NCBI GenBank assembly: GCA_038087875.1
Contig: CM075988.1
Span: forward strand, 7,628,001 to 7,692,000
Direction: 5' to 3'
Length of the DNA: 64,000 bases
Origin: Malacoraja senta
Lineage: Eukaryota
Positions 23,562-34,634 of the stretch are shown piece by piece (positions within the stretch are counted from its first letter, which is position 1; the number at the start of each line of letters is the position of its first letter). A model generated the notes under the pieces. It had not been told where the DNA came from. It saw nothing but the letters and a program-made list of their open reading frames with translations, and made no database searches. The translations under genes were made by a program, and so were the position numbers.

Positions 23562-23622
23562 AGAGGCGTGTGTTGGGGCCGATCGCGTTCGCCTCTATGG
23601 ACGATCGGCGGAGGCGTTTCCC
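23562..23622 (-). promoter_or_regulatory. -1 programmed ribosomal frameshift signal (G GGA AAC plus predicted H-type pseudoknot)
   Basis: Heptamer at 23616-23622 is in the gag frame and pol is open in the -1 frame; 6-nt spacer; stems GCCGATCG/CGATCGGC and AGAGGCG/CGCCTCT. Confidence 0.8.
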
Positions 23623-24326
23623 GGAAACGAACAAGGGCTTCGGCATCTTCGGGCTCCGAGCCCGTATAGCTGGTGGTAGTAGCACCATCTCCGTTGGCTG
23701 TAGGTCGATGTCCGCGACGCTTCGTCTTCGACGCTGGGCTGAGTCTCTTCCTCTCGTTGTCGGAGTGGCTGCACCCGTTGGGGCGGGCGACGGCGTGTAC
23801 GTCCCGCCGTCTGAGCGCCCAGAGCTCGTCTGCTCTTTCCGCGAGCCGCTGCGGGTCGCTGAAATCAGCTCCTGTTAACATCAGCTGCACTTCGTCGGGC
23901 ATCTGCTCTAAGAACGCCTGTTCGAAAAGCAAGCAAGGTCGATGCCCGTCCATCAGGGCCAACATCTTGGCCATGATCGTCGATGGCCTTCGGTCGCCGA
24001 TGCAGTCGATATGCAGCAGTCTTGCCGCCCTGTCTCTACGGGTCAGACCGTAAGCATGAAATAACAGGGCCTTCAACCCTTTGTACTTGCCGCTGGACGG
24101 AGGTTCTCTGATAAAGGGCAACAGCCTCGAGGCACAGTCCTGCGGTAAAGCTCCTACTTCATGGAAATACATGGTCTCATCGTGGTCGATACAATGAAGG
24201 TGGAATTGCGCTTCCACATGGGCGAACCACACTTGAGGTTGATCAGTCCATAAAGGCTGGCAGTTTGAAAGCCGGTGAGCCTTGCCTCGTGCTGGCCGAT
24301 TCTGCAGAAGGACCTTCTTCCTGCAT
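23595..24326 (-). pseudogene. gag: Gypsy gag, disrupted
   Basis: ATG at 24326 gives MQEEG...FKLPAF, then a 1-nt frameshift to WTDQPQVWFAHVEAQF...AERADELW, then a second shift to the C-terminal [21 protein letters not shown]ys/His knuckle ending in TAG. Confidence 0.88.
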
Positions 24327-24355
24327 AATTCTTCTGTCTATCGACGGCTAGACAG

Positions 24356-24368
24356 GTCGGGGTCACCA
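24356..24368 (-). promoter_or_regulatory. Primer binding site, tRNA-Trp
   Basis: Minus strand TGGTGACCCCGAC, 1-2 nt after the 5' LTR, is complementary to the vertebrate tRNA-Trp 3' end GUCGGGGUCACCA. Confidence 0.85.
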
Positions 24369-24369
24369 A

Positions 24370-24591
24370 TTTAGCGGTTTGAGAAACGACTACTGGAGTT
24401 TCAACCAAAAACTTTAATCGAAAGTAAGTTTGACAGGTTTGTCAAACACGTCTGACCACATCGGTGGTCAGCACTGAACTAACTCGCGCCAAGGGAAAAC
24501 TGCGCGAAAACGACGGCCCCTCCCGGATCAAGTGACCGCGGCTTCCGAACGCAGGGTTCGATATCTGCGTGCGCTAGGTGGCGCCGCTACA
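24370..24591 (-). repeat. 5' LTR (222 bp)
   Basis: Direct repeat of 20211-20424, adjacent to the PBS. Confidence 0.95.
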
Positions 24592-24595
24592 ATAG

Positions 24596-25010
24596 TACAA
24601 AAACTAAACAAAATGTCTGAAGTCCCTAATGCAAACCAGGCAGTTCATAGTTCAGAGTTCAGTTTGATTTCTTAGTGTTCAATAGCATGATGGTTGTTGG
24701 GAAGAAGCCGTTACCTGCACCTGGAGGCTCCTATACCTTCTTCCCGATGGTGGGAGTGAAATGAGAGCCTGGTTTGGGTGGTGTGGGTCGTTGAAAACAT
24801 TGGCTTCCTTTTTGAGACTTATAGATCCCATCGATGGTGGGGAGGTCAGATCCTGTGATGGACCGGGCAGTTTTCACCACTTTTTGTAATCTCCTTTGTT
24901 CCTGTACATTCAAGTCACCGAACCAGGCCGTGATGCAACCATTCAATACACTCTCCACCGTACACTTGTAGAGATTCAAGAGTGTATTCGCCGACAAGCC
25001 GAATCTCCTC
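24596..25010 (-). mobile_element. Rex1/Babar LINE 3' fragment (tail continues at about 20058-20210 across the Gypsy element)
   Basis: ORF 24731-24997 MSANTLLNLYKCTVESVLNGCITAWFG...RRLQKVVKTARSITGSDLPTI. An uninterrupted relative of the tail lies at about 57425-57715. Confidence 0.85.
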
Positions 25011-26674
25011 CATCTCCGCCTCTGAGTGGAAAAGGGCTGTGTGTATTCATCCTACCTATGCCTCTTGTCCTCTGTGAATTACTCTCCATCGATGGTTTTC
25101 CTTGCCCCCTTCCCCTTCCCACTTGTTTCGCTGCCTGTGGATGTCAATTCATAAGTTCATAAGTTATAGGAGCAGAATTAGGCCATTTGGCCCATCAAGT
25201 CTACTCCGTCATTCAATCATGTCTGATCTATCTTTCCCTCTCAACCTCATTCTCCTGCTTTCTTCCCATAACCTTAGACACCCTTACTAATATAGTACAT
25301 GACAAGTAATGGCATTTACAGCTGTAATAGCCGTAACAGGTAACAGCCATCTAATGGGAGGCAAGGTGTGTGCGGAGACTGGGACTGGTCTTTAAAATTA
25401 AAAAGGAAAGGGATGTTAAGTATCAGATAAAAATTGCAAGGGAATATTTGTTTATCAGTTTATTTTATTGTCACCTGTACCGTGGTACAGTGAAAAACTT
25501 TTGTTGCGTGCTAGTCAGCTGAAAGACAATACATGATTACAATCGAGCAATTGTATACATACTATTGAGTGTCTAGGTACATGATGAGGGAATAACGTGT
25601 AGTGCAAGTACTATTTTGACATCACAATGTTAACTGCTTTCTGCTCCTGTTTATTATATTCATTGTTATTAAGCTCATTATTCTCAGAGCTGGAACACAG
25701 AATTGTTCAGCAAACTCAAGGGAACCTGTCTTGGATTTAAAGTCTGACTTGGTTGGGGGTTTGGAAACATTAGCATTGTAATTTTCTGTGCGTCACGCTA
25801 CACCTTTCCATTTTGAAGGGAGTGTTGTGGGAGGGGTATGTTGGGGTTCTGGGGAAGAACATTGCCTGCTTCATTGTAACATACAACTGGGAGCCCAGCC
25901 GTTACTGCAGTGCCAGGAGTTGGCAGGAAATCTTTATATGTAACGATCGTAATTCATAGTACTTGAAACAATGGAAAAACGCGGCCATCCTAACAAAGAC
26001 TTGGCAACAGGTTTTCCCCCCTGATTTGTTATTTTTACCATGATTCCCACCAGAGTCAAGGGCCCATGTTAGGTCCAGTCACATAATTCCTCGAGTAACT
26101 CATTCAAGGTGTCTCAGCTTCATGCAGGTCCAGTCAATAAATGTCAAAGCCTTGTCAACACCCGTCATTAAAAGGTTCATGTTTCAGACATGATTAGGTG
26201 ATGCTTAACCTCTGTGCTTCACTTAAGTGCGATTGGAAGGGTTTGGTTAAGTGACGTTCCAAACACCATCACTCACTAGGCCTCCCAGTTTTCACAGCAA
26301 AACATCCATCCATCAACATCCCTAATGCAGATTATGTCGCCATTATCTTATTGCGAGACCAATTATCTTATTTGTTGAACCTTACTTTCTACAAATTAGG
26401 TCATTACAAGTTGTTAAATAAAATCACTTTTAAAAGATAGAACATAGGAACGTACAGTACAGGAATAAGCCCTTTGGCCCACAATGTATATGCTGAAGTC
26501 TGAAGAAGGGTCGTGACCTGAAACATCACCCATTCCTTCTCTACAGTGATGCTGCCTGAGTTACTCCAGCATTTTGGGTCTATCTTTTATGAATATGCTA
26601 AATATGATGCCAAGATAAATACTCTCATATACCTGCACATGATCTCCTGAGTTCCTGGGTATTTGAGTTGCTGA

Positions 26675-27097
26675 AGCTGGTCATCGGCTCTGACCTCCCC
26701 ACCATCGAGGGGATCGACCACAGTCGCTGCCTCAAAAGGGCTGGCAGCATCATCAAGGACCCACACCATTCTGGCCACACACTCATCTCTCCGCTGCCTT
26801 CAGGTAGAAGGTGCAGGAGCCTGAAATCTGCAACATCCAGGATCAGGAACAGCCACTTCCCCACAGCCATCAGACTATTAAACTCCTCAAACAAAAATCT
26901 GAACTTTAATAGCCTATTGCACTTTATATGCTTCTTTATGTGTGTATATATATATATATTCAATGGTATATGGACACAATGATCTGTTCTGTATTTATTT
27001 ATGCTTACTATATTCTGTTGTGTTGAAGCAAAGCAAGAATTTCATTGTCCTATCTGGGACACATGACAATAAACTCTCTTGAATCTCTTGAATCTTG
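26675..27097 (+). mobile_element. Rex1/Babar LINE 3' fragment with (TCTTGAA)n tail
   Basis: ORF IGSDLPTIEGIDHSRCLKRAGSIIKDPHHSGHTLISPLPSGRRCRSLKSATSRIRNSHFPTAIRLLN. Confidence 0.85.
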
Positions 27098-27529
27098 AAG
27101 CAGGTCAATATGCTCTCTACCTTATACCTGTAGAACTACAAGACAGTATTCTTCAACATTCCGAAACTCCTGAAACCCCTAAGGAAGTAAAAGCGTTGAT
27201 GGGCATCCTTTATGATTGCATCAATAATCGGGATCCAGGACAGATCTTCAGAGATATACACCAGGAACCTGAAGTTGTTGACACTCTCCACCACCGACCC
27301 GTTGATGAAGATGATTTACAAGTTTACCGAAGCCAATTAACCTACCAGCCCGCACGCCTTTGTAATGTGGGAGAAAACTGGAGCACCCGGAGAAAACCCA
27401 CGTGGTCACAGGGAGAACGTACAAATTGCATACACTGATCACCCATAGTCAGGATCGAACCTGCGTCTCTGGCGCTCTACCGCTGTGCTGCAGTGCTGCC
27501 TGAAGGTACGGAAGCCTGAAAACCATGGA

Positions 27530-28105
27530 CACTTCTTATCCAGTCCACATCACAAGATTAGATATTGTTCAGCCAGAGCTTCTCGGCATCTTCATTGCAG
27601 GCGGCGAGATCGGCAGCTGTGCATTGGTTTCCCAGATGGGGGCATTTCAGCAGGTGTTCCATTGTTTGTGGTTCAATACCACATTCGCAGGTGACATGGT
27701 TGGAGTTATATCCCCACTTGCTCAGAGACACCTTGGCTCTGCCAACACCAATTTTAAATCGATGGAGTCATTTCCATCTGGCCCAACTTGCGCCTGCACC
27801 AGGAGGGAGGTGCCCACTTGCCGCTAGTCCCATGGTAGTTGTGGGAGGTAGAGGGATATTCTATCACCTCATGTGGAGACTCGTGCTTCACATGTTGTAA
27901 TGCCAGCCACAAGAGGAGTCACACAGTTAAGAAAACTTTTCCACGACTTTAGGCGGCTTGGAAATGGCGTCTGTTATCTGGCGCTGGTGCTCCTTCATGC
28001 TGGCTCCTGCTCTTCTGACGGTTGGCGGGGCTATGCCTGCCAGGAGGTAGAGGCTGTCAGTACCTGTTGGCTTGAGACAACCTGTGACAAATCTGCAGGA
28101 GGCAT
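27530..28105 (-). pseudogene. Vingi/Ingi-type (I-group) LINE ORF C-terminal fragment
   Basis: Minus-strand peptides LNASCRFVTGCLKPTGTDSLYLLAGIAPPTVRR, RRLKSWKSFL, HLPPGAGASWARWK and GVGRAKVSLSKWGY...TCECGIEPQTMEHLLKCP (zinc knuckle) match the Vingi pattern as I recall it. Confidence 0.7.
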
Positions 28106-28877
28106 TGAGGACTGAGCCATGGGCACCAAGCTCAAGGATAGCTTCTTCCCGGCAACCATCAGGTTCCTGAACACGGCGCAACACTGACCACTTACTCAAC
28201 AACAATGAACTTCTATAGATGGTGTCTTAGGTTGCGCTATGGACTTCAGCTTTGCCCTATTATATTTACCCAGTATTGCTGTTATTAATTTATTGTATTA
28301 TTGTTAAGGTGCAGCATGTAAGTATTTCATTGTTCATGTCTTAAGATTGTGAAATGTTAATAAATTCAATATTTTAAACCTTTCGTATTATTGTCATAGA
28401 GCCATACAGCACCGACCAACATGTCCCATCTACACTAGTCCCACCTGCCTGTGTCAGGCCCATATCCCTCTAAACCTATTCTATCCATGTTTCTTAAACA
28501 TTGCAATAATCCCAGCCTCAACTACATCCTCTGGCTGCTTGTAAGAAAAAAGTTCATGTGGTTAAATTGCACTCTGTCAGATTTTAATACGAAGCCATGT
28601 CCCAAACATTATGGTGCCCCGAAAAGGGGGGGGGGGGGGGTGGCAGGCAATGTATAAACACAGCTGTAATCTCTACATGGTGAAACCAAAATGTATAAAA
28701 ATACCTTTTAATAAAATGTGACAACGTGCACCAACCACATGTGTTATTTTCTATTACAAATCTCAAATTGTGGAGTACAGAGGCAAATAAATAAATGATG
28801 GGTCTTTGTCCCAAACATTATGGAGGGCACTGTAAATGTATGTGAGTGTAGGGCCAGAGCCATCAAAACGCACCTCA

Positions 28878-28980
28878 ACAGTCTGAAGAAGGGTCTCGAC
28901 CCGAAACGTCGCCTATTTCCTTCACTCCATAGATGCTGCCTCACCCGCTGAGTTTCTCCAGCATTTTTGTCTTCCTTCAA
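28878..28980 (+). ncRNA. PLE-derived short repeat starting with a minimal type I hammerhead-like motif (core 28883-28910)
   Basis: CTGAAGA-A-GGGT-CTCG-ACCC-GAAACGTC; stem I is only about 2 bp, so activity is uncertain. Confidence 0.55.
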
Positions 28981-29785
28981 CAGTTAACCCAATCATCTCC
29001 AGGATCCTCCTCTGTAAACGTTCTCTGGACACTCTCCAACACCAGCACATCTTTCCTCAGATATTGGGTCCAAAACTGCTCATAGTATTCCAAATGTGGT
29101 CTGACCAGCACCATATAAAGCCTCAGCATTTCATCCTTCCTTTTATTTTCTTGTCCCCTAGGAATGATTGCATTTGCCTTCCTTACGACCGGCTGTTGTC
29201 CTGCACTTTATGGATATGGAAACATAAGACATGTGTCATTTGACAAGTTTACGATTTACTGGTGTGGGGACTATTCTGAGGTTAGTCTGCATCAACCTGT
29301 GCCAAGCCTGACCTGGGAGTGCCTGATGCCAACAATGAACAACAGATCGGAAGGTCTGCCATTCCACAGCACAAGCATTTTCATGAATATAGAAAAAAAT
29401 AATTGATGATCTACTATTCATAATCAAATGTTGATAAAATTATTGCACAATTGCATCTTTGTTCATATGAAAACCAAAATCATGCAAGATGCTCAAAACT
29501 GAGTGTTATCCTATGAACGTTAGAAAATTAAACTCTGCAAAATTTGAAATTCAATTTAGCTCCTCGCTTTTGCTGAATGGAGCTTTGTAATCAAAGTGGG
29601 AATTAATAATGTTGCAAAAGACCAGATTGTGCCATGATTTTATTATGGCTCAACAAATATATATGTCTTTTAGACACAAACATCCAGAGGTAAATATATC
29701 CCAACCATAACTGACAGGCAAAAGTAATGACAAGGAAGTGCAGATGCTGGTTTATACCAGAGATAGACACAAAATGCTGGAGTAA

Positions 29786-31912
29786 AAGGTCTGTCTCACT
29801 GTGCGAGTTGACCCACGAGTGACGCCGAGTTTAAAACAAATTGAACTCGTGGTAATCACGTACAATTAACGTAGCGGGAACGTCGGAACTCGTGGACGCA
29901 ACTTAGCGACTCTTGGCGCTAACGGGAGGTACACGTGAAACTTGTTAACTCTTGCAAAAGTTCAAACACGTTTGAACTTTTCCACGAGTAAAATGTACTC
30001 TTGAGGTTAAAATTTGAAACATTTTAAACTCGTTGTAAGAACGTAGTGGCCCGTGCGTTTAACTTTGTGACTCGTGAGTCTACCGTGGGAACTCTTTTTA
30101 GAAACAATAATCAGGGACAGAAATATCAGTTACTTAGACTTTTTAAAGACAAATTCTGCTTAACAAAGTTAAGTAAGTTATTGATAAGGTGGCAGAGTGG
30201 GTAGAAAAGAAAAAATTGCTTGAAGTTTATATATAAATTTTGTGTATTTGGGACTGAGCTCACAACCTTAAGACAAACCAGTATTGAGGAACAGCGTGAG
30301 AACATTTTATGACACTTAATCGGAGGTTTGCCAGTCACGTCCAGAAGCCATCTCTACCAGTGCTGTTGAAGAAGACAGGGTTGTGTTCACCTCTCCTGCA
30401 CCCCTGTTCCGTAGGACAACACCAACTCTTTCATTATGCGGATGTTAAAGGCTGGGTTTTATTGTCAAGCCATGATGCCAGATTCCCGATCTCTTTACTG
30501 AACTTTACTGAATCAAAGGGTTCTATAGGAGGTGCTGCCTCAAAAAGGCAGCCAGCATTGTCATGGACCCACACTACCCTGGCCATGCTCTCATTTCATT
30601 CCTGCTGAGCAGAAGGTATAAGAATCTGAAAACCATGACCTCCAGGTTCAAGAACAGCTTCTTCCCAACAACCATCGGGCTTTTGAACGCAACAAATGCT
30701 AACTAAACTATGAACTACAAACTGCCTTGTTTGCACTAAGGACTTTGGGATTTTTGCAATAATACTGGATTTTTTAATATATATTTTCTTTGTTTAGTAT
30801 ATTATCTATGAGTATTGTGTTTACTGGCCTGTTATGCTGCTGCAAGTGGGAACTCTTTAACTCAGAGGGCAGGCAGCATCTCTGGAGAGAAGGAATGGGT
30901 GATAGGATGACATTTCCAAATTGGGGGAGGGGGGGTGAGGGGGGTGGGGTGGAGGAGAGAGGGTGGAGAGTGGAGGGAGACAGATGGGGGTGTCTTCATT
31001 CACTGGCTGCGGGTGCCTGTCAGGTAGGTGAGATTTCACATCCACCTTGTGTGTGTGTTTCTCTCTCCCTCCCTCTCACACAGGCTGAGAGACTCTGCCT
31101 CTGTGAGTGTACGTCCCTTTCTCCCCCTCTCCCTGGGCTCTATACGCTCATTGTTTCCTATGAGAGACTTTGAAAAATAAGAATCACATTTCACACATTG
31201 ATTTTATGACTTTTAATTCTTAACATGACCATAATCACAATCTTTTACACCACCCATCACCACTCAGTTATACAGAGCTGCAGCCTGCTGCGTTAGCTGC
31301 TTTGCAATCTGAATATGGAGACGGCCGTCTTAGTGGAGCAGATTCACCATTTGATGAAGGGACAGACCTGGGAGATTAGTTCCGTTATCCCTCTGATGCA
31401 CGGAGCGGGTGATGCCTTGCCGGGTCGCCGCTCCGGAGTGCTGTGACCGCCGACCACCAACATCAAGCAGTCTGCGGTTTGTGGTCCGCGGTCTGCGGTC
31501 TGCGGTCTGCGGTCTGAGGGCGGCGCTGGGTCGAAAAAACCGCGGAGTCAGAGTCGAAGCTCCAACCTGGACTCCAATAGCCTTCTTGCAAACATTTTCT
31601 CCAAATGAGCCCATTTAAACAAGGCAGGCTTTTTAAAGTATGTTAAAAAAAAGCATGACATCATTTTTTTAACATGTGATGATTTTTAAACACTTCGATA
31701 TACATTGTTGCCTCAAGATTAACGGGAGAGGAACTTGGTACACTCGGGAGACGAACTTGGAACATCGCAGAAATGAGAAGTAAACGGGAAACTTAGACAT
31801 ACCCGTGGGAACTCGGTTAAACTCGGGATCATAAACTTGTAGTATCGTACGCAACCACGAGTCTTTCACTCGGGGTCACTCGTGGGTCAACTCGCACAGT
31901 GAGACAGCCCTT
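29786..31912. mobile_element. PIF/Harbinger-type non-autonomous element (2127 bp) with nested Rex1 and PLE fragments
   Basis: 45-bp TIRs (29786-29830, 31868-31912; 2 mismatches); TAA duplicated at 29783-29785 and 31913-31915; removing it restores GCTGGAG-TAA-CTCAG of the PLE repeat. Confidence 0.9.
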
Positions 31913-31915
31913 TAA

Positions 31916-32440
31916 CTCAGTGGGTCACGCAGCATCTCTGGAGAAAATGGACAGGTGATGTTTTGTGTCACGACTTTCTTCAGACTGACTGTAGTGATGA
32001 GAGTGGGGAAAAAAATTGAAAGTGAAGGAAAAAACCCACACAGGATAAGGGCCGGCAACAGATGTCCTCAGGCAAGGAAATTCCCTGATAGGCTGATTGT
32101 TGGCTAGGGATAGGTCTGAGCCCAAAGGGGGATACATCATTGCAGACTGTGGAACTAGTTAACAGACATTTAGTGGTGGGAAGGAGGAAAGGGAGGGGGA
32201 CGGAGAGGTTGGTAGAAGTCACCTAACATTGGAGAATTCAATGTTTATACTATTGGGTTGACAGCTGCCCAAGTGGAATATGAGGTGTTGTTCCTCCAAT
32301 TTGCTGGTGGCCTCACTCTGGCAATGGAGGAGGCCAAAGACAGTGTGGGAATGGAAAGGGGAGTTAAAATGATGAGCAACCGGGAGATGTATTAGGCCTT
32401 GGCGGACCGAGCGCAAGTGTTCAGCGAAACTGTCGCCCAG
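31916..32440 (-). pseudogene. Penelope-like element 3' end: C-terminus of GIY-YIG endonuclease plus terminal repeat (continues at about 29728-29785)
   Basis: RFAEHLRSVRQGLIHLPVAHHFNSPFHSH...LEEQHLIFHLGSCQPNSINIEFSN. A similar plus-strand fragment lies at about 45712-45840. Confidence 0.8.
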
Positions 32441-32559
32441 TCACTGACAGGAAAAACATTGGATCAATGAAAGAAGCCTATAGAAAAATTCAGAGTTCAG
32501 CCAAAGAGGCCCAAGACATTGATAACGAAAAAGGAAAAGGCAAGAATAATCTAGCAGGA

Positions 32560-33085
32560 AACATAAAAACAAATTGTTAAAGCTCCCATGGTTACATAAA
32601 AGTAAGAGGAATACATACAGTTGCAGAAAGAGACTGGACAACTTATATTATTGGAAAGGAAGGAAATAATAGAAAAACCAAGCAGGGAAGAAGATGAAAT
32701 TATGAAAAAATAGTAAGACTAATGGGAATGAAGAGTTGAAAAGTGTTGAAAAATTAATAGGATGAAAAACCAATGAATCCCCAGATACCCAGGATCTGAT
32801 CAGCTTCATTGCTAGGCTTGATAGGGGTGCAAATGGAGAGAATAGATGTACTAATTGTCATTTTGCAAAATTAGAATGCCTCCTACAGATTGGAAGGTAG
32901 CAAATATAACCCATCTGTTTAAGAAATTGGAAAAGTAGCAAAAAATTGGAAACTAAACCAAGTTAGCTTGCTATCATCTGTGGGGATAATGCTGGAGTTT
33001 ATTAAGAGATTGGAAACAGGGTACTTGGAAAATGAAAATAGGATCAAAGAACATGGATTTATGAAAGGTAAATCATGCTTGGAAA
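32560..33085 (+). mobile_element. Old CR1 ORF2 internal fragment
   Basis: GATTGGAAGGTAGCAAATATAACCCATCTGTTTAAGAAA (DWKVANIT.LFKK) and CATGGATTTATGAAAGGTAAATCATGCTT (HGFMKGKSCL). Confidence 0.75.
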
Positions 33086-33574
33086 AAGTGGTTAGACCTT
33101 TTAAATTGGTATTGATGTTGGTTTATTATTGTCATGTGTATCGAGAGACATAGTGAAAAACAATTTTTTGTGTGCTATCCAGGCAAATCATACTATATAT
33201 TACGTCAAGGTAGTGTAAACGAGAAAATAAACTGAGTGTAGAATGTAGTGTTACAGCTACAAGGAAAGCGGAGGTTACGAAGTGCAAGGGTTGCAACGAG
33301 GGGGATTGTGATATTGGGAATACATCCTCAGTTTATGAAAGATCAGTTCCAGAGTCTGATAACAGCAGGAAAGAAGCTGTTCTTGAATCGGGTGGTGTGT
33401 GCTTTCAAGGTTTTTGTATCATCTGCCCGACGGGAGAGGGGAGTACAGTGTGGGTGGCCCCTGATTATGTTGGCTGAAGAACAGTCCCGAACCGAAACGT
33501 CACCTAGCCATCTTCTCCAGAGATGCTGCCTGACCTTATGCTGGATTACCCCAGCATGTTGTGTCTTATTCTAA

Positions 33575-33830
33575 GTGATTTGAGGAATTTCTTTAGTCAG
33601 AGAGTGGTAAATCTCTGGAATTCACTGCCACAGACGGATGTGGAGGGCAAGTCAATGGGTATTTTTAAGGCGGAGATTGACTGACAGATTCTTGATTAGT
33701 AAGGGTGTCAGAGGTTATGGGACGAAGGCAGGGGAATGGGGTGGAGAGGGAAAGATAGATCAGCCATGAATGAATGGCAGAGTGATGGGCCAAATGGCCT
33801 AATTCTGCTCCTAGAACTTGAACTTATGAA
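33575..33830 (+). mobile_element. CR1 LINE 3' fragment
   Basis: FFSQRVVNLWNSLPQ-coding segment plus 3' UTR ending GGCCTAATTCTGCTCCTA. Confidence 0.8.
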
Positions 33831-34634
33831 TGTCTTGGTGATTATATTATTATACTTGTAATCCAGTGTCCTGGGTTATTACATGAGGGTTAAAATCTCA
33901 CCGTGTGGGTTTGAGGATTTGTTCAGTGTTTTAAAAAATATAGAAATGCTGGTATCATTACAACAATCTGATGGTTTTATTTTTACAAACACAGCTGGTT
34001 GCCTTTATGGTTGGAAATATGCTGTGCTTCATTGGGCTAGCCAGTATAGGATTCCAGTTCCATGTCAAGAGGTCTTGTAAGCCAACTCGCTACAATTCAA
34101 AAGCCCAAAAAGCCACTTTGAGGGGATCTAATGGTGAGAAGAAAATTTCAGACACAAGGAACTTTGCTGTAAAAATTCATGTGACATTAATCGAGAAAAA
34201 GGTGCGGTCACAATAGCTGTGGCGCGTTTCAACCCCTATCCTGCACCAGGACATCTTCACAAAATGAATACAATTTACCACAAATAAATCTGTTGTCATT
34301 TCCCAAATGTTAGTTGAATTTCTTCATTGTTTTTCTGTTGCCATCTAATGCTATCTTTGGAGAAGTATCGCTGATTGGTAATAATATGTTTTCATTTTTA
34401 TTCCAAATGTAAACCTCATACAGGCAACAGGAGATAGAAGTTGAACAAGGTTCCGTTTATAACGTAGAAACAAGGAACTGCAGGCGCTGGTTTACAAATA
34501 AAAAGACACAAAGTGCTGGAGTCTGAAGAAGGGTGCTGACCCGTTGAGTTACCTCAGCATTTTGTGTCTTCCTTTTTTAATGTCCTGTCAGCCACTCTAT
34601 GGAGAGATTAAAGCTCATTTCACGATATATATAT

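Larger units (their letters stand above)
20407..23622 (-). pseudogene. pol: Gypsy pol (aspartic protease, RT, RNase H, integrase), disrupted
   Basis: Motifs: LVDSGA (PR); [23 protein letters not shown] (RT); VDASD, DRELLA, TDHKPL, ADALSR (RNase H); HSLAHP..CIPC, HVDLVGP, ITTD, NGLVERFH (IN). In-frame TAG at 22411-22413; frameshifts near 21760-21650 and about 21000-20850. Confidence 0.95.
20211..24591 (-). mobile_element. Full-length, decayed Ty3/Gypsy LTR retrotransposon
   Basis: Two homologous LTRs, ATAG flanking duplication (20207-20210, 24592-24595), PBS, PPT, and gag then PR-RT-RNaseH-IN order on the minus strand. Confidence 0.97.

Noticed and set aside
21203..24053. Antisense and alternate-frame ORFs over gag-pol
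   Set aside because: Shadow ORFs of GC-rich coding sequence; no env-like or accessory gene features.
24731..24997. ORF resembling the domain often auto-annotated as ALKBH8 N-terminal/DUF1891
   Set aside because: It is the C-terminal part of a Rex1/Babar LINE ORF, present as several decayed copies; not a host gene.
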